Source: Candidatus Alloenteromonas pullicola
GTDB lineage: Bacteria; Bacillota_I; Bacilli_A; RFN20; CAG-826
NCBI GenBank assembly: GCA_018714785.1
Contig: DVMV01000024.1
Location: 1-48,888 of the forward strand
Direction: 5' to 3'
DNA length: 48,888 bases
Below, one piece after another: positions 11,717 through 20,652 of this stretch. Each line of letters starts with the position of its first letter. Position 1 is the first letter of the stretch. A program made the translations under genes and the position numbers. Below the pieces are notes generated by a model, which worked only from the letters and a program-made list of their open reading frames with translations, was not told the origin of the DNA and searched no databases.

Positions 11717-11998
11717 TTAGAACATGCTGGGCAGGACGAAGATGATCAATATGGCGACGATCAAGGCGTAGATGGCGGTCGACTCGTCGAGGGCGACGGC
11801 CAATATCATGGTCGAGCGCAGCTTGCCGTACATCTCCGGGTTGCGGGCGATGCCGTCGATCGCGTGGGAGCAGATCCAGGCCTCGCCGATCGCGGAGAAG
11901 GTGCCGGTGCAGCAGCAGATGCCGGCCGCGAGGGCGACCAGCCCCATCTGGCTCGGGTCAGCGGCCAGGATGGACACCATGTTTGCTAGAAATCCCAT
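11717..11998 (-). CDS. atpE: F0 ATP synthase c subunit, Na+-type signature
   Basis: ARNPE loop; ESTAIY in helix 2; GE in helix 1. Confidence 0.96.
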   Translation of the reverse strand: MGFLANMVSILAADPSQMGLVALAAGICCCTGTFSAIGEAWICSHAIDGIARNPEMYGKLRSTMILAVALDESTAIYALIVAILIIFVLPSMF

Positions 11999-12009
11999 TT
12001 TCTTTCCTC

Positions 12010-12819
12010 CTATTGGGCTATGGGCGCTTCGCTATTCCCGCGGGCCAGCTGCCCAGAGGTACCCATTATGTCCTCGTCCTCAGGCATCTCGGCGCCGATC
12101 CAAACGGCGTTGAGCGAGGCGAAGACCAGGGTCTGGACGAACCCGGAGAATAGGCTGAAGTAAAGGTTTAGGACCCCGATCGCGAAGGGGGCGAGGAATA
12201 TCTGGCCCCAGGGGCCGATGGCGCCGAAGATGGCCATCGAGGCCGACTTGAGGGCCCAGTTGACGATGCCGATGATGACCGAGCCGGAGATGCAGTTGCC
12301 GAACATACGCAGCGACGTGGAGACGATCGGGGTCCACATGGTCACCAGATTGATCGGCAGCCAGATCTTGAGCGGCTCGATGTAGCGATGGAAGTATCCG
12401 AGGTGCTGGTAGCGCAGCGCGGTCACCTGGATCAGGACGAACATCACCAGGGATAGGGTGAACGGAACGAGCAGGTAGTCGATGATCGAAGGCAATCCGA
12501 GCAGCGACCAGTTGAACGAGATGAACAGGTAAACCCAAAGCCCGGCGAAGTAGCCCGGCCAGTTGCCGACGTTGCGGTGCCCCATCATCTCCGAGGTCCA
12601 ATTGTCGAGGGAGGAGACGCCCATCTCGGCGAGCAGCAATATCCCGCGGGGCGCGACCTTGGGGTCGGCGCGCCTTGCCTTGATGCCGACCACTATGGCC
12701 AGGATGGCGATGAGGGCCATCACCGTCAATGACGAGATCACAGCGCCGGAGACGTCTAGGTCCCACCAGCGGTCGATCATCTGGGAGATCGGCGATGATG
12801 AATCAAGCAGCATGCCCAT
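12010..12819 (-). CDS. atpB: F0 ATP synthase a subunit
   Basis: SLRMFGN with the essential Arg; FSGFVQTLVFASL. Confidence 0.95.
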   Translation of the reverse strand: MGMLLDSSSPISQMIDRWWDLDVSGAVISSLTVMALIAILAIVVGIKARRADPKVAPRGILLLAEMGVSSLDNWTSEMMGHRNVGNWPGYFAGLWVYLFISFNWSLLGLPSIIDYLLVPFTLSLVMFVLIQVTALRYQHLGYFHRYIEPLKIWLPINLVTMWTPIVSTSLRMFGNCISGSVIIGIVNWALKSASMAIFGAIGPWGQIFLAPFAIGVLNLYFSLFSGFVQTLVFASLNAVWIGAEMPEDEDIMGTSGQLARGNSEAPIAQ

Positions 12820-13255
12820 CGTCTTCGCCTTCTTTCCGGGATGGCTTTATCTTTCTGCAAAGCCCGATGGCGGCCGAGGCCAAAGGCAGCGGGAGGTATC
12901 CCCCGATGACGCCCCAGACGTTGAGGTAAGGCCATTCGTATATGTAGGTAAGCAAAGCCGCCACGACCACCGCGGCGACCAGCAGCAGGAAGCGCAATAC
13001 GACGAAGACGACGGACAGGGCCATCTTGCCCGCCTTCTGCTCCCCGGGCTTAAGCAAGGCCGAGGACGTCGCCACTATCGACCAGTAGGTGAAGATGGCG
13101 ACCGCTATCCCGAGCAGCCATCCCAGCGGGACGCCGGGGTTGCCCAGGAAGAAGAAGCAGGAAAGCGCGAGAAAGCCCACAAGCCCGATGGCGGCGATGC
13201 AGAGCCCGGTCATCCAGTACTCGCTCTTCCTTATCTTCTCCAGCGCCTTTCCCAT
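12803..13255 (-). CDS. atpI: ATP synthase I-like membrane protein
   Basis: Four TM segments with an LRF motif; first gene of the atp operon, overlapping atpB. Confidence 0.65.
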   Translation of the reverse strand: MGKALEKIRKSEYWMTGLCIAAIGLVGFLALSCFFFLGNPGVPLGWLLGIAVAIFTYWSIVATSSALLKPGEQKAGKMALSVVFVVLRFLLLVAAVVVAALLTYIYEWPYLNVWGVIGGYLPLPLASAAIGLCRKIKPSRKEGEDDGHAA

Positions 13256-13322
13256 AACGGGGATATGTTAGGCACAGCGAAAGGAAAAAAGCAAACAAAA
13301 TGGGAGGCTTACCTTATAGGTA

Positions 13323-14522
13323 CTAGTCGCGGAGAAGGCGGAGCGAGGCGACTTTGTATATGCCGTCCTCGTAACCGACATCGACCTCCCCTTGGACTAG
13401 CGGGCGGAGGTAGTCGCGGAAGGATTGACTGAGCCCGTGGACGTTATGCAGGAACTCCGGCGGGATCTTCTTCTCGACGTTGGCGATGCCCTCGACCGAT
13501 TTGAGCTCATAGGCCACCTGGTATGGCTGACTGCTTATCCGGCGGATGGACACCATCTTGCCCGACTCCCCCGCCACGGCCGCCCTGCAGGCGACCCGGG
13601 CGCATTCAACCGCCTCGTCGCGGTCGACCTTCGAGACCAGTATCGGGAAGGCGCGCTGCGGGAGGGATAGCTCAATCGAGCGGGTGGGGAGCCCAAGGTT
13701 CTGCTCCACCCGGCGAGATAGCGCGTCGGCCGCCCCGCCGAGCTGGATGTGGCCGAAGGCGTCGACCCGGGCCGAGGAGGTGTCGCGGGGGAAGACGATG
13801 CCCTCGCTTATGGCGACGACGCAGTGGCCCTTGGCGTCGTGGACCTTCTTGACCTCCTTGTAGAACTCATCGAGGTCGAAGGCGTCCTCCGGCAGGTAGA
13901 TCAGGTCGGGGCGGTATGGCGCGGGGAGGATGTCCACCGAGGCGGTCAGCCAGCCGGCGTTGCGCCCCATCACCTCGACGACGAACACTTTGCCCTTCTT
14001 GTAGCAGGAGGCGTCGACGCACACCGACTTTACGGTGTTGATGACGTATTTCGCGGCCGAGCCGTAGCCGATGCAGTGGTCGGTCGCGGACAGGTCGTTG
14101 TCGACCGTCTTGGGGACCCCGATGACCTTGACGTCCATGCCCTTGGAGGCGAATAGGCGCGAGAGCTTGGAGCAGGTGTCCATCGAGTCGTTGCCCCCGT
14201 TGACGAGGATGTAGCCTATGTCGTGCTTCCTCACGGTCTTGATTATCGATTGGTAGCGCTCATCCTCGAGATCCGAGGGCAATTTGTAGCGGGTCGAGCC
14301 CAGGGCCGCCCCGGGGGTCTGCAGCAGCAATTCGATCTGCTCGGGGTCCTCCTTGCTTAGGTCGGCGAGGTCGTCGAAAAGCAGTCCCTCGATCCCGTGG
14401 AGGCTCCCGAGGACCTTGCTTATCTCCTTATGCTCCCCCGCCTCCCTTATCGCCCCGTATAGGGACGAGTTTATGACCGCGGTCGGTCCGCCCGACTGCA
14501 GGTACGCCAATGCTTTAGCCAT
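13323..14522 (-). CDS. pfp: Phosphofructokinase, PPi-dependent type
   Basis: QSGGPTAVIN, GGNDS (Asp at the position equivalent to E. coli G104), PKTVDND and EVMGRNAGW. Confidence 0.85.
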   Translation of the reverse strand: MAKALAYLQSGGPTAVINSSLYGAIREAGEHKEISKVLGSLHGIEGLLFDDLADLSKEDPEQIELLLQTPGAALGSTRYKLPSDLEDERYQSIIKTVRKHDIGYILVNGGNDSMDTCSKLSRLFASKGMDVKVIGVPKTVDNDLSATDHCIGYGSAAKYVINTVKSVCVDASCYKKGKVFVVEVMGRNAGWLTASVDILPAPYRPDLIYLPEDAFDLDEFYKEVKKVHDAKGHCVVAISEGIVFPRDTSSARVDAFGHIQLGGAADALSRRVEQNLGLPTRSIELSLPQRAFPILVSKVDRDEAVECARVACRAAVAGESGKMVSIRRISSQPYQVAYELKSVEGIANVEKKIPPEFLHNVHGLSQSFRDYLRPLVQGEVDVGYEDGIYKVASLRLLRD

Positions 14523-14578
14523 GTCTGACTCCTTGTTTTACCAAAGCAGTATACACTAGAAACAAATTCGATAAATGC

Positions 14579-14607
14579 TTGCTTTGTAAGCGGTTACATA
14601 TTATTAT
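14579..14607 (+). promoter_or_regulatory. Promoter of the nucleoside kinase gene with a cre-like palindrome in its spacer
   Basis: TTGCTT (14579-14584)-17 nt-TATTAT (14602-14607). The spacer contains TGTAAGCGGTTACA (14585-14598), which fits the CcpA cre consensus TGWNANCGNTNWCA. Confidence 0.7.
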
Positions 14608-14634
14608 AGTCGGCCAGGGGTCATAGGAGGTCCT

Positions 14635-16284
14635 ATGCCATTTTCCGTCACCATCGGCAACAACAAGACAACGTATCAGAAGAAGATGAGCCTGCTTGAG
14701 ATACTAAACGGCTCCAACGAGGACAAATCGATCATCGCCGCCCGGGTCAACAACCGGGTCAGGGAATTGACCTACGAGGTCAACTACGACTGCGAGATAC
14801 AGTGGCTCACCGTCAAGGACGGGGATGCCACCAAGACCTACGAGGCATCGCTGCGCTTCATCACCGCGATGGCCTTCCGCCGCGCCTACCCCGATCTGAA
14901 GATCAGGTTCGCCTACAACGTCTCCCGCTGCGTCTCGATCCACCTGCTCACCCCGGGCTACACCGCCAACACGGCGATGCTGCTCAAGGTCAGCCACGAG
15001 ATGGAGCGCATCATCGCCGCCGACTACCCGCTGAACCGGATGGTCGTTCCCCTCGATAAGGCGCGCGAGGTGTATGAGCGGCTAGGCGACGAGGACAAAC
15101 TCGCCCTGCTCCCATACCGCCCCGAGAAGACCGCCCACCTCTATGAGTGCGACGGCTTCTACGACTATATGTACTCCCACATGGTCCCCTCGACCGGCTA
15201 CATCAAGAAGTACAAGCTCCGCCTCTACGCGCCAAGTTTCCTGCTTCAGTACCCGCGCGCCGAAGCCGACGGCGAGATCCCGCCGTTCAAGGATGCCCCG
15301 ACATTCGGCCGGGTGCTCAAGGAATCCCACGACTGGGCCAAGATCGTCGGCTCCGACACGGTGGCCGGCATCAACAAGTCCATCGAGAAGCGCGGCCCCA
15401 TCGAGTTCATCAACCTCTGCGAGGCGCGCCACAACCGGATGCTCTGCGAGCTCGGGCAGATGATCGAGGATTCCATAGACGAGGTGAGCCTGATCTGCAT
15501 CGCCGGCCCCTCGAGCTCTGGCAAGACCACCTTCGCCAACCGCCTCCGCATCGAATTGCTCGCCCGGGGCATCAACCCGATCCGCATCTCTATCGACGAC
15601 TACTACCTCGAGAAGGACAAGATCCCAAAGGGGGAGAACGGGGAGATCGACCTCGAGTCCATCGAGGCGCTCAACATCCCGCTTTTCAACCAGAACATGG
15701 TCGACCTCATCGCCGGGGAGACCGTCACCTTGCCGAAGTTCGACTTCCAGTCCGGCAAGTCCATCCCGGGGAGGACGCTCCACGTCGAGCATGGGCAGCC
15801 CATCATCATCGAGGGGATCCACGCCCTCAACGACCGGATGACCGTCGACATCCCGAAGTCGGCCAAGTTCAAGATCTTCATCGCCCCCCAGGCTCAGATC
15901 AACCTCGACGACCACACCCCGCTATCGCTCACCGACCTGCGCCTCATCCGCCGGATCGTGCGCGACTACAAATTCCGCAACGCCTCGGCCGAGGAGACCA
16001 TCGGCATGTGGCCAAGCGTCAGGGCGGGCGAGTTCAAGTGGATCTACGACACCCAGGAGGGCTCCGACTACGTCTACAACTCGATGCTCAGCTACGAGCT
16101 CCCGGTCATGAAGAAATACGCCTTGCCGCTGCTTAAGGGGATCGAGGAGACATCTCCCTGCTTCCCCACCGCCATGCGGCTGGTGAGGATGCTCAAGTTC
16201 TTCGTCGACATGGACGACCAGTGGGTACCATCGAACTCGCTGATGAGGGAATTCATCGGCGGCTCGTGCTACGAGGACGTGTGA
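14635..16284 (+). CDS. Nucleoside (uridine) kinase with N-terminal TGS/ThrRS-N-like domain
   Basis: N-terminal AARVNN..REL TGS-like region; C-terminal IAGPSSSGKTT, ISIDDYY, IIEGIHALN and RLIRRIVRD. SD AGGAGG. Confidence 0.9.
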   Translation: MPFSVTIGNNKTTYQKKMSLLEILNGSNEDKSIIAARVNNRVRELTYEVNYDCEIQWLTVKDGDATKTYEASLRFITAMAFRRAYPDLKIRFAYNVSRCVSIHLLTPGYTANTAMLLKVSHEMERIIAADYPLNRMVVPLDKAREVYERLGDEDKLALLPYRPEKTAHLYECDGFYDYMYSHMVPSTGYIKKYKLRLYAPSFLLQYPRAEADGEIPPFKDAPTFGRVLKESHDWAKIVGSDTVAGINKSIEKRGPIEFINLCEARHNRMLCELGQMIEDSIDEVSLICIAGPSSSGKTTFANRLRIELLARGINPIRISIDDYYLEKDKIPKGENGEIDLESIEALNIPLFNQNMVDLIAGETVTLPKFDFQSGKSIPGRTLHVEHGQPIIIEGIHALNDRMTVDIPKSAKFKIFIAPQAQINLDDHTPLSLTDLRLIRRIVRDYKFRNASAEETIGMWPSVRAGEFKWIYDTQEGSDYVYNSMLSYELPVMKKYALPLLKGIEETSPCFPTAMRLVRMLKFFVDMDDQWVPSNSLMREFIGGSCYEDV

Positions 16285-16304
16285 TCTAGCGCCCGTCCAA
16301 AGAC

Positions 16305-16335
16305 AAAAGCGGGGACTTAGCCCCGCTTTTCTTTT
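16305..16335 (+). terminator. Intrinsic terminator, possibly bidirectional
   Basis: AAAAGCGGGG-acttag-CCCCGCTTTT-CTTTT. Confidence 0.8.
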
Positions 16336-16392
16336 GCCCGCAAAAAGCGCATATCAGCCAATTTAATTGCAAAGATATCGGCTTTCTGCACG

Positions 16393-16424
16393 AAAAAAGG
16401 CCTTCCCCGAAGGGAGGGCCTTTT
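16393..16424 (-). terminator. Intrinsic terminator of the lipoprotein operon
   Basis: AAAAAA-GGCCTTCCC-cgaa-GGGAGGGCC-TTTT, 8 nt after the stop at 16433. Confidence 0.75.
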
Positions 16425-16432
16425 GGCTTAGT

Positions 16433-17884
16433 TCACTCGGCGGCGTAGCTAGGCAAAGTCGTCGAGTTTATGTCGGAGAGGGTGAAGCGGATGAAATATT
16501 CCTTTCCCTGAATCGAGAAGCTGGCCAAGACGGTTTCGATCGCTGTTTTCTCCTCGTTGAGGGTGACGACCAGGCGGTCGGTCGAGCCATCAAGAGCGCC
16601 CGACTGCACGCCTAGCATCCCGTTGTCAAAATAGATTCCAAGGTTTGGGACGATAAGGGTCTCCGCTTCGTACGTCCTGTCGCCCGTCTTTTTGAAAAGC
16701 GCGGGATTGACCGAAGAGAAATCGGGCCCAAGGCCTTCGAAGGAGTCGATGGTGTAGACCGTGGATGACGAGAGGGTCACAACGCTCCAATCCCATCCGA
16801 GATTGCCGTAATCGTACTGATACACATGGTATAGCCCGTCGGCAGGATCATAGACAGCCTTGTAGTCGTAATCGTCGCCGCCCTGATACGGATGCTCGTC
16901 AGAAGCGGCAGAACGCTGGGAGTAATAGGCCATGTCGTCGCGGACGAAGTAGCCGGTGGTCCAGGTGGTGCGCTCGCCATCCCAAGAGGAGAGGAACTCC
17001 TTGTTGTAGGTGTAGGAGTCGACGCCGTCGAGGCAGTGCAGGGCCGCGGCGAGGTCGGGGTTGTCGTGGCTATAGGGCTGCAGGTGGGCGACCGGCTGCT
17101 CGCCGAGGCTGCGGTCGTAGGTGACGGTGAGCTCGTTGGTCCTGGTGTAGCGGCCCTCCTCGCGGAGCTCGGAGATGTCGAAGGTCAATGAGTCGATCCC
17201 GCCATCGGCGCCGAGGTTGAGGGCGATGTCGTCGACGTAGTTGATCGAGGTCCCGCCATAGCAGGTGACCACGAACTGGGCTTTCGCGCCCTGCAGGTGG
17301 AGGCTGCCGTCCTCTTCCTCGATGATGTCGCTGGCCCGGATGTAGTCCCAGGGGTTGCGGAACAGCGAATCGAAGGCATAGGGGCGGTAGGCCCCGGTGG
17401 TGTCGTTGTAGTCGGAGAGGTAGGAGCTGTTGACCGTGTTGTCGATGGTGATCGACTCCTTGATCGCGAGCCCGGTCTCCTCATCGCGGAAGTAATAGGC
17501 CTGCGGGTCGGTGTAGCCCCACTCGGTCGAATCGACCTTGTCGGTGAGCTTGTAGTCGTAGGCGTTGTAGCTGTACTTCTCGGTGTAGGCACGCACCGCG
17601 CCGTACTGGTGGACGATGTCGTAGGTCTTGCCCTGGTGGATGCCGACCTCCAGCGGGTCGTCGCGGTAGACGTCGGTGGCCATCTCGATGAGGGCGCCAT
17701 GCGTCTTGTGCGCGAGCGAGGCGAGGGCCCTCTGGGCCTTTTCCGTCCCCACCGGAAGCGTCGGCAGGGTCACTTCATCGCCGTCGGCGGAGGAGGATTC
17801 CTGCATCGAGGAGGAGCCGGTCCCCCCGCAGGCGACGAGGGAGAGGGCCAACAAAGGGGCCAATATGAGCAATTTAGCGTTCAT
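16433..17884 (-). CDS. Uncharacterised lipoprotein (two-domain family member)
   Basis: Lipobox SLVA-C, Ser-rich linker, acidic and Tyr-rich body; motifs shared with the two upstream genes; SD AGGAGG. Confidence 0.85.
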   Translation of the reverse strand: MNAKLLILAPLLALSLVACGGTGSSSMQESSSADGDEVTLPTLPVGTEKAQRALASLAHKTHGALIEMATDVYRDDPLEVGIHQGKTYDIVHQYGAVRAYTEKYSYNAYDYKLTDKVDSTEWGYTDPQAYYFRDEETGLAIKESITIDNTVNSSYLSDYNDTTGAYRPYAFDSLFRNPWDYIRASDIIEEEDGSLHLQGAKAQFVVTCYGGTSINYVDDIALNLGADGGIDSLTFDISELREEGRYTRTNELTVTYDRSLGEQPVAHLQPYSHDNPDLAAALHCLDGVDSYTYNKEFLSSWDGERTTWTTGYFVRDDMAYYSQRSAASDEHPYQGGDDYDYKAVYDPADGLYHVYQYDYGNLGWDWSVVTLSSSTVYTIDSFEGLGPDFSSVNPALFKKTGDRTYEAETLIVPNLGIYFDNGMLGVQSGALDGSTDRLVVTLNEEKTAIETVLASFSIQGKEYFIRFTLSDINSTTLPSYAAE

Positions 17885-17896
17885 TTTCTTTCCTCC

Positions 17897-19156
17897 TTAT
17901 TCAGCGAAGCTGGTGTCGAGCCAGCTCGGCATCGCGGTCGAGCCGACCTCGGAGAAGCTCGCGGTGATCGAATACGGGCCGTATTGGAAGTCGTAGTAGC
18001 CGATGCTAACCTCAGACATGGTCTCGCCGTCTAGGCTAACGTAAGCATAGAAGGGCTCGACCGAGGAGACCGAGAAGGCGGAGGGCACGAGGTCGCGGCT
18101 AAGCAGCGGCACCGCGTCGGGTAGGAAGGCGTAGACGCCCTCGGACTGCTTCTGGAGCACCTCCGGCGCGATCTTGGAGTAGTTCGGCAGGTAGTTGGCG
18201 ATCTGGTAGTTGATGCCCGTGGTCGACCAAGAAGCGGTCGCGGCGGAGTAGCGGTAGCCGGTCGCCCTGCTTCCGGCGCCCTGGACGTAGTAGGTGTCGC
18301 CGTCCACCGGGTAGGGGAGGCTCGGGTCGCCGTGGATGTAGAGGCTATCGCCGGAATAGTAATAGGTATAGCCGAGGCGGAGGTCGTTCTCCGCGACGGT
18401 CACGGTGTAGTTGGTGCCAAGCCCCTGCAAGGCGGACTTCAGCTCGGGGTTGTCCTCGGCGCCGACCGAGATGCGGCCGAAGCTCTCCTTGAGGATCCCG
18501 AAGGAGAGGTCGACGGTCAGGGTGGACTCGCCGATGAACATGCCCGAGGTGCTCTCGATGGCGTCGGGGCGGACCGGGCAGGTGAACTCCAGGGTGACCT
18601 TGGAATCGGCCGGGTTCTCCAGGTCATAGCCGGAGAAGGTGGCCGCGGTCACCGGGAAGTCGAGCCCGAAGTAGGCGTTGAGCATGAGCTCGGCCTTCTG
18701 GCTGGAGAGGCTCGAGCCCTCTATGTCGGATGGGTTGATGTAGTCGAAGGGGTCGTAATAGGCCGAGGCGTAGACCAGGTCCATGCCGAAGTCCTCGTCG
18801 ACGACCGACTCGAGCTGGTTCTGGTAGTTGAGGGTGTCGTGGTAGGAATACCCGTCGCTCCCCTCGTAGTGGATGGTGTCGGAGGCCGGCCCGTGGTCGC
18901 GGATGGCCTCGTGCTCCTCATCGTCGAAGGTCACGGCGCCGTAGTCGCGGTCGACGGAGTAGGTGGCTATGGAGTTCAGCGACTCCAATCCCTCGCCGTA
19001 GTCGGTGGTGAGGACGGCGCTGCCCTTAACGTTGTAAGGCAGCTGGAACAGCCGCAGGTACTCCGGCCCTTCCTCGGCGGAGGAGGGGAGGGCGGCGGAG
19101 GTCGCGGCTAGGGGCAATAGAAGCGGCAGCCCCAATGCCAGATATGTCTTTCTCAT
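17897..19156 (-). CDS. Uncharacterised secreted protein (same family, no lipobox)
   Basis: Sec-type signal MRK..LALGLPLLLPLAATSA without Cys; ATGA overlap with the upstream gene; shared motifs. Confidence 0.83.
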   Translation of the reverse strand: MRKTYLALGLPLLLPLAATSAALPSSAEEGPEYLRLFQLPYNVKGSAVLTTDYGEGLESLNSIATYSVDRDYGAVTFDDEEHEAIRDHGPASDTIHYEGSDGYSYHDTLNYQNQLESVVDEDFGMDLVYASAYYDPFDYINPSDIEGSSLSSQKAELMLNAYFGLDFPVTAATFSGYDLENPADSKVTLEFTCPVRPDAIESTSGMFIGESTLTVDLSFGILKESFGRISVGAEDNPELKSALQGLGTNYTVTVAENDLRLGYTYYYSGDSLYIHGDPSLPYPVDGDTYYVQGAGSRATGYRYSAATASWSTTGINYQIANYLPNYSKIAPEVLQKQSEGVYAFLPDAVPLLSRDLVPSAFSVSSVEPFYAYVSLDGETMSEVSIGYYDFQYGPYSITASFSEVGSTAMPSWLDTSFAE

Positions 19157-20652
19157 CCTTGGTAGCTCCCTAGATATAGATCGAAGGTGTCGAGGACGCC
19201 GTCGAGGTTGTGGGCGGTGATGTCGGTGGTCCCGAAGTCGGAGTAGGACACGGTGGTCACGCAGTCGCCGCCGAAGGCCTCGGAGGCGAAGTAGAGCTTG
19301 AAGACCGGGTAGCCCGCCTCGTCGATGCTGACCTCAAGCCGGTCGAAGCCGAAGGTGAAGCTGGTCGTCGACTCGACGTACCAGCCGCTCATGCGGGTCG
19401 GGTAGTCGCCGACGCCGAAGACGGCGGCCATGATGTCGAAGCAGAGGCTGTAGTCGAGGTACGGGAAGTCGGTCAGGTCGAAGACGTAGCCCTCGCCGTC
19501 CTTCTCGAAGAAGGCGGTCGAAAGCGACTGGATGAACGGCACGGCCCCGTCATCGACGGTGTAGGCGTCGGCCGATAGCGTCGCGGCGTAGCCGTTTGAG
19601 CCCGCGGTTCCAGGAGTGACCCCGATCTGGTAGTAGCCGTCCTTCCCCGCCGCTTCGGCGGTGAAGTAGGCCAGCCCGGTGTAGGTCGTGCCATAGGAGG
19701 CATCGGTCAAGGGCATGTCGGTGATCATGAGCTTGCGGCCCCCGAACTTGCCAGCCAGGTCGTAGTAGGACTTGTACTCGCCATGAGTCGGGACCTCGGT
19801 TCCGTCGACCAAGGTGGTCTTGACGTTGGTGGTGAAGTTCAGCCCCTGGACGCCTTCGTAGAGCTTCTGGAAGGAAGCGGTGAGGCGGGAGAGGTCCGCC
19901 TCATCAAGCGATGAGGTATACGGGGTGAGAGGGGTCACCGCGTCGATGGCGGAGAGCTCGACGACGTAGTCCTCGGCCATGTAGCCGTAGGCGTCGGCGA
20001 GGACGTTGGCGAACTTCGCTTGCTTCGGGGTGCCGGCCGAATCGACGGTCAGCTCGAAGTCCTCGATCAGCTGATAGGAGGTGAGGTAGTCGAAGCTATA
20101 CGGGTTGATGGTGTAGAGGAACCTCGACATCGCCGGGGAGATGAGGGCGGTCAGCAGATCGGTCCCCTTGAGGGTGTAGCCGCCTTCCGCGGTCTCCACG
20201 GTGAAGTAGCGCGAGAAGTTGGACGCGTTGATGCCAGAGAGGGCCTTGTAGCCGGAGTCGTAGTTGCCGGCGAAGGCGATCGGGAGGTTGGAGTCGTCGG
20301 TGACCTCGGTCGACTCGACGACGTTGTCGAGCCCGAGGGTGTTGAGCATGACGTAGCCCTCGCTTGAGGCGGTCACGTCGGACTGCAATAGCGGCATCCT
20401 GGTGCCGGTGAGGCAGAGGTCGCTATGGCGGGCGGTGGAGCTCACCTCGTCGGTCGCGGTGAAGGTCGCGCCCCCGAAGGCGGCGTAGCGCGGGGTGATG
20501 GTCGCCACCGACTTGATCGGGGCGGCGAAGAAGGAGGCGATGCTGCTTATCTGCGCATCGGTCAGCCCCACTTCCTCGGCTGTCGCGCCGGTGGCGGAGC
20601 AGCCGCAGAGGGCTAGCCCGCAAAGGGCGATGGCGGAATTTATCTTCTTCAT
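19153..20652 (-). CDS. Uncharacterised lipoprotein (same family, more divergent)
   Basis: Lipobox ALCG-C; TGATG coupling to the upstream gene; C-terminal VSYSDFGTT. Confidence 0.83.
   Translation of the reverse strand: MKKINSAIALCGLALCGCSATGATAEEVGLTDAQISSIASFFAAPIKSVATITPRYAAFGGATFTATDEVSSTARHSDLCLTGTRMPLLQSDVTASSEGYVMLNTLGLDNVVESTEVTDDSNLPIAFAGNYDSGYKALSGINASNFSRYFTVETAEGGYTLKGTDLLTALISPAMSRFLYTINPYSFDYLTSYQLIEDFELTVDSAGTPKQAKFANVLADAYGYMAEDYVVELSAIDAVTPLTPYTSSLDEADLSRLTASFQKLYEGVQGLNFTTNVKTTLVDGTEVPTHGEYKSYYDLAGKFGGRKLMITDMPLTDASYGTTYTGLAYFTAEAAGKDGYYQIGVTPGTAGSNGYAATLSADAYTVDDGAVPFIQSLSTAFFEKDGEGYVFDLTDFPYLDYSLCFDIMAAVFGVGDYPTRMSGWYVESTTSFTFGFDRLEVSIDEAGYPVFKLYFASEAFGGDCVTTVSYSDFGTTDITAHNLDGVLDTFDLYLGSYQG

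Noticed and set aside
15147-16136. 329-aa alternative-frame ORF inside the kinase gene, and many similar R/P/G-rich or antisense ORFs across the window
   Set aside because: These are shadow ORFs expected from high GC3 codon bias; they lie within well-supported genes and show no motifs.
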